Part shown: positions 42,224 to 52,798 of the stretch, piece after piece
How positions within the stretch are numbered: the first letter of the stretch is position 1
How the letters are laid out: each line of letters opens with the position of its first letter
From: Reclinomonas americana ATCC 50394
Lineage: Eukaryota
DNA length: 52,798 nt
Assembly: GCA_048213135.1 (NCBI GenBank)
Contig: PS015559.1
Location: 1-52,798 of the forward strand
Direction of reading: 5' to 3'
The notes under the pieces: generated by a model
Told to the model about the DNA's origin: nothing
The model's input: the letters and a program-made list of their open reading frames with translations, nothing else
Databases searched by the model: none
Program-made: the position numbers and the translations under genes

Positions 42224-43676
42224 TTACAGTACCTCGTTCAGGCGCTCGTCCGAGTCCAAGGCCAACTCATCCACCGTGCCTGGCGACGACGGCGTGTTGG
42301 TGGGGCGGGTGTGCATGTGCATGCCGCGTGGTGTGCTGGCGCCTGACGATCGCGAGGCGTGGCCACTTCTTGTTTGCTGTCCGAGTGCGCCTCCAGCTGC
42401 CGCTGTCGCCGCGTGCATAGAGGCCTTGGAGGCCGACATGGATGCCTGCGAGGCAGACTTGGCGACGGCCATCATGCGCTTGAACCACATGGGTGCCTTG
42501 CGGGGCAGTGCCATGCGCCGGCGACCGGACGAGGATCCCGCGCTGCTGCCGCGGTCCTCGTCGTCGTTTGAGTTCTCGTCCGACAGCGAGCCGAGGTCGG
42601 CGACATCCTTGTCCAGCATGTCGCCATCGGCGTCTTCGTTCTTCTTCTTCTTGTACTTGCGGTCGTGGTAGAAGGGCACGAGCTTGTACAGACCGAGGAA
42701 GAGCACGCAGGCGAATACTGTGGAGGGTGATCCCTGCCAGTGAGCCCTCCTCGTTTCCTCCTGTAACAACAGCAACACATTGTACGCACCATCGCCCACC
42801 CAGTGGATCCACCAGCCCTTGTACACGGCGCCGCCAACCATTGTTCCGAGACAGCGGGCCGAGTTAAGTCCTGCGCCACCGTAGCCGCGATCCGAGGCGA
42901 GACCGCCAGACACAAAAATGATAAAGCCGAGTGTGGCACCGACGAGCACCGGCGCCACGACAGGCCCAAAGATCTTGCCCTGCCGCGGATCGAGGGCCAA
43001 TCCAAACGACAAATACAGGTAGATGAAGGTGAAGAAGGTCTCGAACAGCAGCGCCGTGGCATACGGCATGTCACCCACCGCACATGCACCCAGGTGCGTG
43101 AGGTTCTGCACATCCGTGGACACAAACACGCGCAGTATGAGACCGCCGACGACGGCGCCAGCTGTCTGCGCGATGAGGTAGAGAATGCCGCGAGGGATGG
43201 AGCAGAGGCCGGTGCCGACTGTGGCCAGCGTGATGGGTGTGTTGAGGTGAGCGCCAGAGGCCGGCGCCACAGCGAAAATGTACAGAGTCAGGAAGATGGC
43301 ATGCATGACTCCGATAATGGGCGCGGCCGGCTGCGCATGCACACACACACTCTCTCTGTCATCACGCATGCTCTTGTGGCAGTGGTGGACGACGCGCACA
43401 CCCACCTTGAAACCGTAGACCACGGCCGACACGATGGACGCCATCGACGTGAAAACATACATCATCATGCCGACAAACTCGCTCTGCGTGATTTCCAAAT
43501 ACAGCGAAAAGAGTTTAGAGTTTTAGGCCCATAAATTCCATGCGCGCGTGCGTCTACACACAGTCCACGTACCAGTGCAGCGCGCCAACACGAGGGAGAC
43601 ACAAACTCGGCCCAGGTGGGATGGAGGGCGGCCCAGGAATTGGGGTCAAAAGCCGAGGCGGCCACAGTGGCTGGAT
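42224..43676 (-). CDS. Major intrinsic protein (aquaporin), XIP-like; first exon(s) upstream or in gap 43775-44234
   Basis: WRAAL|SEFVG, loop B ASGAHLNTPIT, LSFGLALDPRQ, loop E GYGGAGLNSARCLG and WIHW, with six TM helices and a long polar C-terminal tail. Confidence 0.9.
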
Positions 43677-44506
43677 CTGTGCATGCGCAGAAAGAGAGAG
43701 AGAGAGAGAGAGCCAGTCAACAAACAGGAAAAGGAGCCTCGTCGATGGGAGAGCAGCGTATCATCACACTGATGNNNNNNNNNNNNNNNNNNNNNNNNNN
43801 NNNNNNNNNNNNNNNNNNNNNNNNNNNNNNNNNNNNNNNNNNNNNNNNNNNNNNNNNNNNNNNNNNNNNNNNNNNNNNNNNNNNNNNNNNNNNNNNNNNN
43901 NNNNNNNNNNNNNNNNNNNNNNNNNNNNNNNNNNNNNNNNNNNNNNNNNNNNNNNNNNNNNNNNNNNNNNNNNNNNNNNNNNNNNNNNNNNNNNNNNNNN
44001 NNNNNNNNNNNNNNNNNNNNNNNNNNNNNNNNNNNNNNNNNNNNNNNNNNNNNNNNNNNNNNNNNNNNNNNNNNNNNNNNNNNNNNNNNNNNNNNNNNNN
44101 NNNNNNNNNNNNNNNNNNNNNNNNNNNNNNNNNNNNNNNNNNNNNNNNNNNNNNNNNNNNNNNNNNNNNNNNNNNNNNNNNNNNNNNNNNNNNNNNNNNN
44201 NNNNNNNNNNNNNNNNNNNNNNNNNNNNNNNNNNCGAGACCGAACAACGAAAACTTTTCTGTTTGCTCTGTCCGACGGTCGTCATACGTCCGTCACGGGA
44301 CTCGTCGCTTCATTCACCACCACAGTCGCCTTCGGGCCCCATAGTGTTGATGGAGGAGAGCAAGAGTGAATGACAGCTATCGATGGTCACGATTGCTGAT
44401 ACGTACACACGAACTCGGCATATATGCACCCCCATCCCCCGTTGTTTGCAGCAAGCAGTATATATTTTTCTTGCAACCAAAACAGCGAGGTTAGGTGATG
44501 CGTCTA

Positions 44507-47043
44507 CTAATTCGACTGGTACGTCGGCGGCATGGGAGGCACAGGCCGGCCCGACATTTTGGAAATGTACTGGTGGCAGTCGTCCAGCTGGCGAGCGCGC
44601 TCCTCGTCGGACCAAGCCAACAAGTGCGCCATGCGATCGGCCACACGGGGCGCGATCATGTGCGCCAGGTGGTCGTTGAAGAAGGGCTGCACATGACAAG
44701 GATAACAAACTCAGTCACCATTGGGAAAAAAAGGGGGAGCAGCGCGAAGCCACTAACCACGCGCAGTCGATTGACCACGACGTCCACCAGTGTGCGAGCG
44801 TACTCGTGCTCCACCGTAAAGTCGATTTCGCACACCAGGAACGGGTACGATGGATGCAGTCGCTTGTACACCACTGGCTGACGCCACTTGCGCGCAGACC
44901 CCGGTCGTTTCTGCCTTCGGTGCAGTTCCTCCATGCTGTGCTCCACAAACGAGCGGTCGTAGCGCAGCACCTGAGTCGACAAATCCCCGTACTTGTTGGT
45001 CAAGTAGAACGAGACTGCGCCAGAGTTCTGTCAGCAAGGAAAAAGCAAAGTGATTTCTTTCTTCTCTGGCACGCACGGTCTCGGTCTACTGCATGTCGCA
45101 CGCGGAGGATTTTGGCGAAATAGCGAGGATTGTCGCGAGGGAATGTGTGGCCGCCGAGCAGCACCAGATCCTGCGTCTTGCCGTCGGCGTGTGGCGGCTT
45201 GAGGCCGCACACCTCAATGGCCTTGCCGACGACCTCGGCCGCCATCGTGCGATACGTGGTCCACTTGCCACCCTGGATGCTCACCAGGCCGGCGCTCGAG
45301 ACGGTGATTAGATGCTCACGCGACACGGCCGCCGTGCCCGAGCCGGCATCCTGCGAAACATTCGGGTCCTGTGCGGAGAGGGAGAGACAGTGAGAAAGGG
45401 CCGTCGCACAAGTCTTTCATGAAAAAGAGAACTGACCACTGCCAGTGGCCGAATGCCGGCCCAGGCCGCCGACACCATTTCCCGTTTGAACTCGACATTG
45501 AAGTACTGACTGAGATACTCGAGGAGGTACTGAATGTCCTCCTCGGAAGGCGTGGGGTTCGCCTCTACTCGGGCTGGATTATCGGTGGTGCCAGCCAGCA
45601 ACGCACCGTGCCACGGAAGCATGAACAGGACCTGTTATTGTGCGATTGGTGACACAGGATCGTGAGTTGGCGCGCTGCAAGAGGGAACGGAGAGAGTGGG
45701 CGACGCAACTCGGCCGTCCTTGGTCTTCGGGATGAGCAAGCCCACCGAGGGCAGCTGCGCAAGAAAAGGGATGAGCATTCAAACTCATTCAGAGAGTCAC
45801 GATGGTGCGTGCGCGCAACATCATACGGGTTCTCCGTCGACTCAAAGAACAGTGTGTCGAACACCAGGTGCACGCCCGACGACGCCATGGTGGAGGTCTT
45901 GGCCTGGGGATTGTCGAGCTGCTTGACCTGATCGCTCATGGCGCCGGTGCAGTTGACGACCGACTTGGCCGCCACATTGAACTCCTCGCCCGTCAGCTGA
46001 TCACGCACACGCGCACCACACACACGACCGTTCTCGTCGTGCAGAATCTGCACCGCCTTCATGTGGTTGACCACTGTGGCGCCCAGCGAGGCCGCTGTGA
46101 CGGCCAGCGTCACGTTCATTCGAGCATCGTCAAAGCTGCCGTCGTAGTACAGCACGCCACCACACAGCCCCTCGGCACGAATCATGGGATTCTTGCGCAG
46201 CACCTTGGATCGCGACACGAAACGCGACGGACGCAGTCGGTGCGTGCCAGAGATCCAGTCGTACATCTGGCAAAGGAAGGTGAGGAAAGATGTAGAGAGA
46301 GATGCAGAGTGGCACGGTGACTCTGCTCACTTTCAAGCCAAACCACACGTACGGCACCTCCCACCACGAGTAGAGCGGGGTGAGAATAGCCAGCTGGTGC
46401 GACAGGTGCGGTGCGATCTTGAAAAAGGTGGAGCGCTCATGCAGTGCCTCCATCACCAGGTTGAACTGCGCACGATCCAGCTGCTTGATGGCCTTTTCCA
46501 GGTAGCGCACTCCGCCACTGAGCGACAACAATCCGTCAAGGACCGACTTCATCGATGATGATTGTGAGATGAAGAAGCGCAACTGCATCATCTTGGTGCT
46601 GCGACTGCTGGTGCCCGACGCAAAGTCATCCATCTCAATGAGCGCCACCGACAGACCACGTGCAGTGGCATCCACGGCCGCACCAGCACCCACACAGCCT
46701 GATTGCGCGCATGTGAGAGCATGCAAAGAGAAAGTGAAAGAGACACGCACACACCAGCGCCAATGATGAGCATGTCGAACTGGCGTCTGTGCAAACGATG
46801 GATCTGCTCGAGTCTCCGCGGCACAGTCTTGGTCACATCCACGGGCGCCACTTGACCATTTCCACCACCACCACCATTGTTGTTGATTGCGGTCTCTGGT
46901 GGTGGTGGTGGTGGCGCCGAGTTGTCGGGTGCGCTCAGCAGCACAGCGCCTGTCGCGAGGCCGCCGATGCCCAGCAGTGATGCAGCGAGGCGGATGCCAG
47001 TGAGCGAGCCGGCTTGCAGCCGCCGGCTTGCCCACTGCCACAT
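44507..47043 (-). CDS. GPD2: Mitochondrial FAD-dependent glycerol-3-phosphate dehydrogenase (no C-terminal EF hands)
   Basis: FDMLIIGAG|CVGAG, DDFASGTSSRSTKMM|HGGVRYLE, YYDGSFDDARMN, SSGVHL, IPKTKDGR|VLFMLPW, AWAGIRPL, GGKWTTYRTMA, EYARTLVDVVVNRLR. Confidence 0.94.
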
Positions 47044-47589
47044 CTGATCGAAGAAGACGAAAAAAGTTGACCGTTACGTCGACGAACTCCGCGGCAAAAA
47101 CAAAGCTCCGATCGCGATTGCGTGGGGGATAGGCGTGCAGTGCGCTGTGGTTGCTTCTTATCGGTGCGTCGGCTGCGAAGGAGAGGGTGATGGAGAGGGA
47201 GATCTGCATTCCAACGTCGACGTCGCGACGTCGATCATGAAGCATGCGCGGCAGTGTTGCATCAAGCGATGTTACAGAACGTGTATGCGCTGTCTACGTC
47301 GAGGTGTGGCATCGACTGGCAGCAGCGGCCGGAACCCGTTCCTGCGAGAAACAAGGAGCAGGACGTCGACTTTGCATGCGCAATGCATCACTTGGGCAAG
47401 GGCGGCTGTGATACTGGACACCGGGGACATGAGCTGTCCGCTGGTCTTGTGTGGCGCGCTTCAGCCTCTGCAGCGACGAGGAGGAAGGAGGAGGAGGAGG
47501 TGATCAATACAATGCATTGATCACGGTGTCCTGCTCGGAAGATTCGACCCTGCCTTTGCCTGCAGTGACTGCGCGTTGCAACCCACACC

Positions 47590-50204
47590 ATGGAGCTGCT
47601 GAGCGCCAACGCCATCAAAAACCTCTCGGAAAAGATCCCCGAGAAGCGCAAGCAGGGCGCGCTCGAGGTCGATCAACTCGTCAGACAGGTGACACTCTGC
47701 CGTGTTCCTCTGTCTCTCTCTCTCTATCTGTGTGTGCGCACCCCACTCACTGCGCTCCTTGTCCCCATCATCCACTCAGATCCGACAACGAAACGAGCAA
47801 CAACGACGCATTCCCGAGCTGACCTCGGGACTCACCAAAGAGTTTGTCAACTCGGTCCAACCAAACTCGCGCAAGGGCGGTCTGGTCGCGCTGGCTGCTG
47901 TCGCTGTGGCACTCTTGCAGGTGTGCACGGACAGGAAGAGAGCAAGGGGGCAGGAGAGAGAGCGAACGAGCATTGCCAAACATGGCCACTCTTCTGTGAC
48001 CACTCACGCTCACCCCGTGTGCGTGTGTGTGCAGGATGTGCACGAGTTCCTGGATACACTGGTGCCGCCGATTTTGCAGTGCCTGGGCGATCAGGACAGC
48101 AAAGTGCGATTTCATGCATCCGAGGCACTGTACAATGTGGCCAAGGTCGCTCGTGGAAGCATGCTGCGGTACTTTGCCGAGATCTTTGATGGCCTCTGCA
48201 GAGTTGAGTCCTCTCTCGCTTTTCCTCTCGTTTCCGTCGCTCACCACCTTTCCCCAACGCCGCAGCTGAGCGCCGATCCCGATGCACAAGTGAAATCCGG
48301 GTGTGAGCTGCTGGATCGCCTCATCAAGGACATTGTGGCGGAGAGCGAAAAGTTTGACACGCGCACCTTTGTGCAGCTGCTGCGCGATCGCATCATGGCC
48401 ACGAATGCGTTTGTGCGCCAGTTTCTCGTGTCGTGGATCTCGGTGCTGAATTCGATCCCCGACACGTCGCTGGTGCCGTACCTGCCCGAGTTCCTCGACG
48501 GTCTGTTCCGCATGCTCAGCGACCCACACGAGGAGATCCGCACGCAAGCCGACACCACTCTCGGCGAATTCCTGCGGGAGATGAAGCAGGAGACCACCAA
48601 TTATCCGGCCCTGGTCGACATTGTGATTGTGCACTCGGGCAGCAAGGACGACTTCACGTGCCTCACCGCCCTCAACTGGGCGCACGAATTCCTCGCCGAG
48701 GCCGGTCAGGTGCTGCTGCCCCACGCGGCCGCCGTGTTGGGTGCCGTGTTGCCGTGCATCTCACACAGGCAAGAGAGTTGCGTTCACTTGTTCTGTTTGT
48801 CTCCCTGGGGATCGCGGGCTCACGCATCGCGCGATGCAGATATCCGGCAGATTGCGTCGCGCATCAACATTAGCATTCAGACGCTGGTGAACGGCGCCTC
48901 GAGTTCCTTTGATCTGGCCGCCATTCTGCAAGTGGTGGCCGTCGAACTGGTGAAGCACTTTGTGCCAACACGCGTGGCCGCCCTCAACTGGATCATCATG
49001 CTGTTCCGCAAGGATCCCGATGCCACGCTGGCGCACATTGATGAGCTGTTCCCGCTGCTGCTAAAGACGCTGTCGGATCGGTCAGACAAGGTCATTTCGC
49101 TGGACTTGGAGGTGCTGGCCCGCTTCTCGGCCAACGAGGATATCTTCCAGCGCTTCATGACCTCGCTGCTGGAGCTGTTCTCCACCGACCAGGAGCTGCT
49201 GAACAAGGCCGGCTTCATCATTCGCACGCTGAGCATGATGCTCTCACCACCTTCGATCTACTCGGCGCTGGCACAGAATTTGGAGCGAGAAAAGGTGCGC
49301 TTTTTTGTTGTGTGCGGGTGCATGGCCCGCCTACTCAAATCTCATGTGCACATGTGGCAGGACATTGAGTTTGCCAGCACCATGGTGCAAACACTGAACA
49401 TGATTCTGCTGACCGCACAAGAGCTGAGTCAACTGCGCAACGCCATTCGACGAGCACCAGTGGATGAGGAGGTGAGAGTGTGATCAAGCAGTGTGGATGG
49501 CATCGAGTTGCTTACAAGAACGGCGCCTGCAGGGTCGCAAGCTGTTTACCACATTGTACCCGTCGTGGTGCAACAACCCAGTGGCCACGCTCAGCCTCTG
49601 CCTCCTGTCGCAGTCGTACGAGCACGCCAGCAATCTCATTTCACGGTTTGCCGAGTGCGAAATCACCGTCAGTTTCTTGGTACAAGTCGACAAGCTGGTG
49701 CAGTTGCTGGAGTCGCCGATTTTCTCCTGTGCGTCCTTACTCCCGTCGTACTGCTTGTTTCCGTCCGTCCTCACTCTCCTGTGCAGATTTGAGACTGCAG
49801 CTGCTCGAGCCGGCCAAGTGTCCACATTTGCTCAAGACCCTGTACGGCATCCTCATGTTGCTGCCGCAGAGCTCCGCCTACGACACGCTGAAGAACCGCC
49901 TGAAGAGTGTCTCCACCCTCTCTATTCTACAAATGCACACCGTGGCGACACCACCGTTGCGTCTGCTGCGGTGTGCGCGCTGGGAGAGATGGAGGAGGGC
50001 ATTGATACTCACTGCGTGTGCGGTTATCCCAGTAGCTCGGCGTCGACTGCGAGTGCCTCCGCACACGGCTCGGCCATTGATTTTGACGAACTCATGCGAT
50101 CATTCGAGGCCACGCAGACGCGACACCAGGAGACCAGGCAACAATTACTGCAGCAGGCGGCAGCCAGTGGTGCACACGTGGTGTCCCTGGAGATGCCCAA
50201 GTGA
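47590..50204 (+). CDS. VAC14: VAC14, HEAT-repeat scaffold of the Fab1/PIKfyve-Fig4 complex
   Basis: [109 protein letters not shown]. Confidence 0.96.
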
Positions 50205-50418
50205 CAATGATGGCTGTGGAATGAATGGGTGTGCACGAGTGGATTCGGGCGACTGGCGTCAATAATACAGCAGAACACACTCACACTGAAGGCAAGGGAG
50301 GAGGGCGAGTAACACAGTATTTTTCGAGGCGCTTACAATTTCCGTACACAAGCACGCCTCCGTTCACGATCCGCACACCCGCCGGCGAGGGGTCATTGGA
50401 CTACTACAGTTTGTGTGG

Positions 50419-51809
50419 TTATCGTCTGTGATAATTGGAGGCGAGAGAAGTCAGAGAGACGCGCGGAGAAAAGAAAGAGATTGTCTCGTGCGCACCCTTC
50501 CTTCCTTGTTGCCATTCTTGCGCAAATCAATTGCCGACGACAGCATCAGCCAGCCCCAGATAATGGCCCTGCAGGAGGAGAGGAGTCAGATCTCGAGAAG
50601 CACCAAAAGATGATCACGGATCAGCGCGTACCAGAACCAGCCTGTGTATTTCGGTGATTAGTGTCACAAAAAAGACAGACAAACTGCAAGACAGAATCCT
50701 TTTGCGTACCAACGATGAAGAATAATGTGCTGCCAGCCTGGAGTGCAAACACCTGCCAGCATCGACATGTGTCAAACAAGAGAGCAACCACAAGTTCCGC
50801 GGAGAAACAGGGGCGCAACGAAAAAGTTGATCCAAAACACCGCACAGCCGTTGGGCCAGCTCTTGACCACGGCCCCGTCGCCTCGTGGAGTCCTGCTCCC
50901 ATGGTGGTGGTTGACAATGGTCACTCTCCACAGCGATGCAAAAGAAGAAGAAGCAGCAGCAGCAGCAGCAGAGCAGCAAAACGCAACGGGCAGCAGCACT
51001 GATCACAGCCGCCGACAATGGCGCCGATCAGAGTGCCGAGTGCTCCGGGAATGATGTTGAGGATGAAGCAGGCAATCTGCGCATCAACTCGACATCAGCG
51101 AGAGATACACACACACACTCACACATGAGAGGCATGAAGAGGGACAGCGACGACGCAACGCCCCAGCCCAGTCGGAGACGCGGAATAGCCAATTTGAAGC
51201 GCTCGAGGCAGCCTGGAGTCTCCGCTGTCGTCTGTGTCAACACGACGACTGCCGGGGGCGAGTGAATGAGAAGAAGGCAGGGAGCGGGAATCACGAGAAA
51301 CACACACACACCAGTCGGTTGATACCCCGGAGGGAACTGTGCGCCCTGGAGAGTGTGCGCAGTGAGAGAGAGTGGCACACACACGCACGCACAAGACGAC
51401 AGTGACCCACCGCTCCAGGATAGTCGCCATACTGTGTGATACACACGAGTCAGACTCACAAACAGAGAGGGAGAGAGTTTGTGTGTGCAATGGGACACAA
51501 TCACACACACCTGTGCGGGATACATGGCTCCGGGCGGTTGCATTCCCGCCGGTTGAGGCATGTGCTGCATAGGCACAGAGGCGCCAGGCGGAGGCAAGCC
51601 ACCACCATGTACCTGAGAGAGGGAGAGAGGGAGTGAGAGTGAGTTGTAGACAATGAGGGCGCGTGCTTTCCGACAACTGACCTGTGAGCCACCAACTGCG
51701 CCCTCTTGATTCGGCTGCCGCAGCGTATGTGGAGAGAGAGTGAGCAGAGTGACGGGTGATGGTCGGTGCAAAGCAACGCAACAGAAACTTGATCTGTGCG
51801 CACGCCCAT
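50419..51809 (-). CDS. SPEC3/Stum family membrane protein with a Pro/Gln-rich N-terminus (start may be 51863)
   Basis: Spliced translation FKLAIPRLRLGWG|IACFILNIIPGALGTLIGA...CAVFWINFF|VFALQAGSTLFFIV|GWF|WAIIWGWLML matches the Stum pattern AIP...CxxLNxxxPGxGT...GWxxSIxWG. Confidence 0.82.
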
Positions 51810-52015
51810 CTGAGTGTTATGAAGAGAAGCCCGACGCGAGCAATCAGCGAATTCACGTTTCATCCCTCACAAGTGTGCATTTGTTTCTTAAAAAGGGGGA
51901 GAGGGGAGAAGAAAGAGAGAGAGAGGGAGGAGAGGCACTGCTGTTTCCTTGCTGGACCATTCGGCAGAGCACAAAAAAGAAGACCAAAAACAGCAGAGAG
52001 AGTGGGGAAACAATC

Positions 52016-52798
52016 TCAGATTGCCGAGCGGCCGTAGATGCCCTTGGAGGCCAGCAGGTCCTCCACATCGTCGTTGTTCTGCTTTCTCGGCCTTCGTGGG
52101 CAGATGATCAGGTAGAGCAACGTCAGGCCCATAAAGGCGACCAAAATGTACAGGTACACCTGCGAGGAGCGTGTGAGAAGACGAGTCGCTTGCAATCGGC
52201 GCGCGGCCACACACACAGAAACGCAACATTCCACGCTGGTCCAATGCCCTTCAGATGCTTCACATAGGTCTGGAACAGGGCTGTACAACACAATGGTGAG
52301 TGAGTGCAAAGGAAACTGTGGTGGTGGCTGCGGGAGGGGGAAGCGGCACGCACAGTTGACAGCGGTGCCATTGGTGTAGCCGGAGAAGGTGGTGGCCGTG
52401 AACTGGGTGACCACAATCGCAACCAGCATGACCATGTCGGTGTTGAAGAGGAACGAGCTCATCAGCGTCTTGCCAGGCCTGTGCAAGTGCTTAATGAGCC
52501 AAAAGAAACTGGAGGGGGGAGGAAACGAGGAGTACGCAACTCCATCGGGTGAATGCGGAAGATGAACGGAATCTGCAGGCCGAAGCGCACGCAGCCCTTA
52601 ATGGCCGCCCACAGCAGGTAGTACGCAAAGATGCCGTAGAAGATGATGGCGAAGAGCGCAAAGGTCTTGTCGAGATCGATGAGCAGCGTGTTGATGAAGG
52701 GCGACACGTTGGTGAAGTCGTGCAGAATGATTTGCAGAATCCACGCAATGGACAGGCAGACGCTGCACACGCGAGGGAAAATGGTCAGTACACACGCA
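52016..52798 (-). CDS. LIMR / LMBR1-like membrane protein, 3' part
   Basis: FYGIFAYYLLWAAIKGCVRFG...FRIHPME|PGKTLMSSFLFN...VTQFTATTFSGYT. Confidence 0.85.

Noticed and set aside
47135-47520. Short ORFs between the divergent GPD2 and VAC14 genes
   Set aside because: No recognisable motif or consistent splice structure; more likely UTR or promoter.

Overview
This is eukaryotic nuclear DNA from a gapped draft assembly. It is GC-rich and gene-dense, with many short introns (mostly about 55-110 nt, CTCAC/CTGAC branch-like motifs, YAG acceptors) and CA/GA microsatellites. The gene content is compatible with a protist, possibly an amoebozoan, but that is inference only. Splicing exons by hand gives about 19 protein-coding genes. 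Recognisable ones are propionyl-CoA carboxylase alpha, an ATP-grasp/SET fusion, a NoxA/NOX2-type NADPH oxidase, a bacterial-type matrixin-PPC-EGF-LamG metalloprotease, two tandem MAPEG genes, a HEAT-repeat protein and a DUF3592-like protein. Also present are MFAP1, a dienelactone-hydrolase-like region, a PH-domain/pseudo-G-alpha protein, MAD2, a 5-exon microprotein, an XIP-type aquaporin, mitochondrial GPD2, VAC14, a SPEC3/Stum protein and a LIMR/LMBR1 protein. The most striking signal is in the splicing code. At least 29 introns start with a one-nucleotide-shifted donor (GTTGCGT/GTTGCGC/GTTGAGT) instead of GTGCGT/GTGAGT, and 26 of these follow a non-G exon end. Exon boundaries come from reading frame and remembered family motifs, with no alignment or RNA data.
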